A stretch of DNA of 63,120 nt, filler included, from Octopus bimaculoides (lineage: Eukaryota): NCBI RefSeq assembly GCF_001194135.2. It is 5 parts of 5 records of this genome, joined end to end, with 100 filler letters (N's around TTAATTAATTAA, not from the genome) between each part and the next. Parts side by side here need not be neighbours in the genome. Positions count along the whole stretch, not along the records: positions 53,000 to 63,120 come from NC_068995.1; 4 more parts are not named here. One strand, given 5' to 3'. The notes under the pieces were generated by a model. The model saw only the letters and a list, made by a program, of their open reading frames with translations. It was not told the origin of the DNA and did no database searches. The translations under genes and the position numbers were made by a program. This document shows positions 60,644 through 63,120 of the stretch, piece after piece; the first letter of the stretch is position 1, and each line of letters starts with the position of its first letter.

Positions 60644-63120
60644 TTGAATATATATGTGTATATACATATGCATATGTGTGTGTGTGTATTTGTGTGTGTG
60701 TGTGTGTGTGTGTATGCATGTGTATGTGTGTGTGTGTGTTTTTGTGTGTGTGTATGCGTTTGTGTGAGCGTGTGATATATATTTGTTACTCAAAACAAGC
60801 ACACGTGTGTAGATAATTATACATACATGTATAGGCGTATATTAGTTTATAGAATTTTGCTATTTAAATTATGTATTACATACACGCAATATATGAAAAT
60901 ACTCACAAGTAGTTATATTCTTCCCACCCACCCTTCCTTCCTTCTTGCTTTCCTTCATTCATTCATACATATATACGTACGTAAGTACGTACGTATTTAC
61001 ACATGTGCGTGTGCGCGTATGTATGTATGTATATATATATATATATATGTAAATATATATATGTATATATANNNNNNNNNNNNNNNNNNNNNNNNNNNNN
61101 NNNNNNNNNNNNNNNNNNNNNNNNNNNNNNNNNNNNNNNNNNNNNNNNNNNNNNNNNNNNNNNNNNNNNNNNNNNNNNNNNNNNNNNNNNNNNNNNNNNN
61201 NNNNNNNNNNNNNNNNNNNNNNNNNNNNNNNNNNNNNNNNNNNNNNNNNNNNNNNNNNNNNNNNNNNNNNNNNNNNNNNNNNNNNNNNNNNNNNNNNNNN
61301 NNNNNNNNNNNNNNNNNNNNNNNNNNNNNNNNNNNNNNNNNNNNNNNNNNNNNNNNNNNNNNNNNNNNNNNNNNNNNNNNNNNNNNNNNNNNNNNNNNNN
61401 NNNNNNNNNNNNNNNNNNNNNNNNNNNNNNNNNNNNNNNNNNNNNNNNNNNNNNNNNNNNNNNNNNNNNNNNNNNNNNNNNNNNNNNNNNNNNNNNNNNN
61501 NNNNNNNNNNNNNNNNNNNNNNNNNNNNNNNNNNNNNNNNNNNNNNNNNNNNNNNNNNNNNNNNNNNNNNNNNNNNNNNNNNNNNNNNNNNNNNNNNNNN
61601 NNNNNNNNATATGTATGTATATATATATATATACATATATACCCACGTATGTATGCGTTTGAGTATATCTTTCTCTCTGTCTCTTCCGCCCTTCTCACTC
61701 TGTTTGTCTGTCTCTCTCTTCGTCTCTCTCCCTCTCTCTCCTTCTCCGTATATAAAAGATAAAGTTTTTTAAGAGTGGAGCTGCGCTGAATGGTACATAA
61801 AAAATACTCAACTAATTGGAGTTTTCCTTTTAGTTGGAGAAGACTACAAGAACTTAGGGAGCAGTAATTGTCTACAGCAATTATCGCTAGAATTATGTTC
61901 TCTTATTTCACATATGACAGAAATGAATATTAATTGAATACCTTTAGCATTCACCATAATGCAGGTCCTCATATCACATAGTTATCCTAAATTTATGCCA
62001 CCGGTCCACTTTGGTTATTTCCTCTTAGTTCATATTGTTGAATAGCCAAAGAAATTAAAGTGGTCAGAACTTACCATAAAGTCTACGACATGACTATATG
62101 CGCTGATGATGTCAGATATGAGCGAAACATTCCCACAGCAATTCCATCCATGAAAAAAAGTAAAGAATGAAAAAAAATGATTAAATAATTTAATAAGTTT
62201 GCCCCAGGCATGGAAATTAATTTTAAGAGATTAAACCTTAATTTCTTCTAATTATCTCCATTTTCTTTCTGGCAGTTACTTCTAGCTTTGGTTTTCCTTC
62301 TTCAACGAAGAGGTAAATTTTAATTCTTTGAGATTTACCTGTGTGTATTTACTGCTTAAATTACACTTCAGCTATATTTATCTTCATTCATACAATTCAT
62401 CTTCTTGAGATATATCTCCCCCGTGGCTCATGATTTATATATTTCATGTTTTATATATTTATACGTATCCAAAAACGTGCTCCTAACATATTCATATATA
62501 CAATGACACACACATATATATACACACATCCACAAACTTGTATATATTCACAATTTCACATAACCACACATCCACACACACGCGTCTATGAAAAAGAGAC
62601 AAATCAATTATGAACGAGAAAGAGATACGTAGAAAAATTATATAAAATTCTTGTGAAATTAAATAGACACACGCGTAACCACATATATAGCTATATACAC
62701 GGCCACAAATGTAGCAATGGATGTACAACAGTCTAAACACCTAAGCTCTTATTGTACATAAAGTTACGAATAGACAATAAATATGGCAGCTAATTATTGA
62801 CCAGCATCTCTTCTGTTGTTCATTGATATTTTTAGGAAACGGTAGGATATTTTTAGCTGACGGTTCTTTTCGTCAGTCTCTCTTCCTAACTCTCCCCAAC
62901 ACACACCTACACACACACACCCACATTCAAACACACACAGATGTACATACGTGTATACACATTTATAAACACGTGCATACACACATACTTACATAGATAT
63001 ATATGAATATATATACATATATATAATGAAGAAATTGAACAAAATCTATAAATAGATGAGTAAAGCACCGACACACTTGCGATTACCTGTTGTCATCCGT
63101 ATATATATATATATATATAT

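Noticed and set aside
62103-62131. CUGAUGA...GAAAC hammerhead-like spacing
   Set aside because: Stem II is weak and neither stem I nor stem III can form.

Overview
AT-rich, microsatellite-dense eukaryotic scaffold with many N gaps. The SINE repertoire and (TA)/(CA)/(ATT)/(GATA) load point to an octopus genome (inference, not database-checked). I cannot support any intact protein-coding gene: the long ORFs in the track are translated microsatellites and gaps. The window is a mosaic of (i) about 35 copies of at least six tRNA-derived or RTE-tailed SINE families, (ii) decayed autonomous elements recognised from protein motifs: a near full-length pogo/Tigger transposase (10.5-12.3 kb), a mariner 3' half, a Penelope-like RT, a CR1-group 3' end and two different REL-endonuclease (R4/Dong-like) LINE 3' ends, and (iii) several MITEs, one carrying TTAGGG repeats. 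The main result is a set of hammerhead ribozyme folds. A complete type I hammerhead lies at 411-487. An inverted pair sits inside a 282-bp palindromic insertion with a 14-bp target duplication in the mariner (39.7-40.0 kb). A decayed type I fold is at 14.3 kb, and a bare catalytic core lies in a SINE 3' end at 11.3 kb. These look like Penelope-type terminal-repeat or retrozyme-like elements. Two CpG-depleted domains suggest methylated gene bodies whose exons I could not identify. Four 100-bp N-TTAATTAATTAA-N spacers are artificial assembly joins. All alignments and folds were done by eye.
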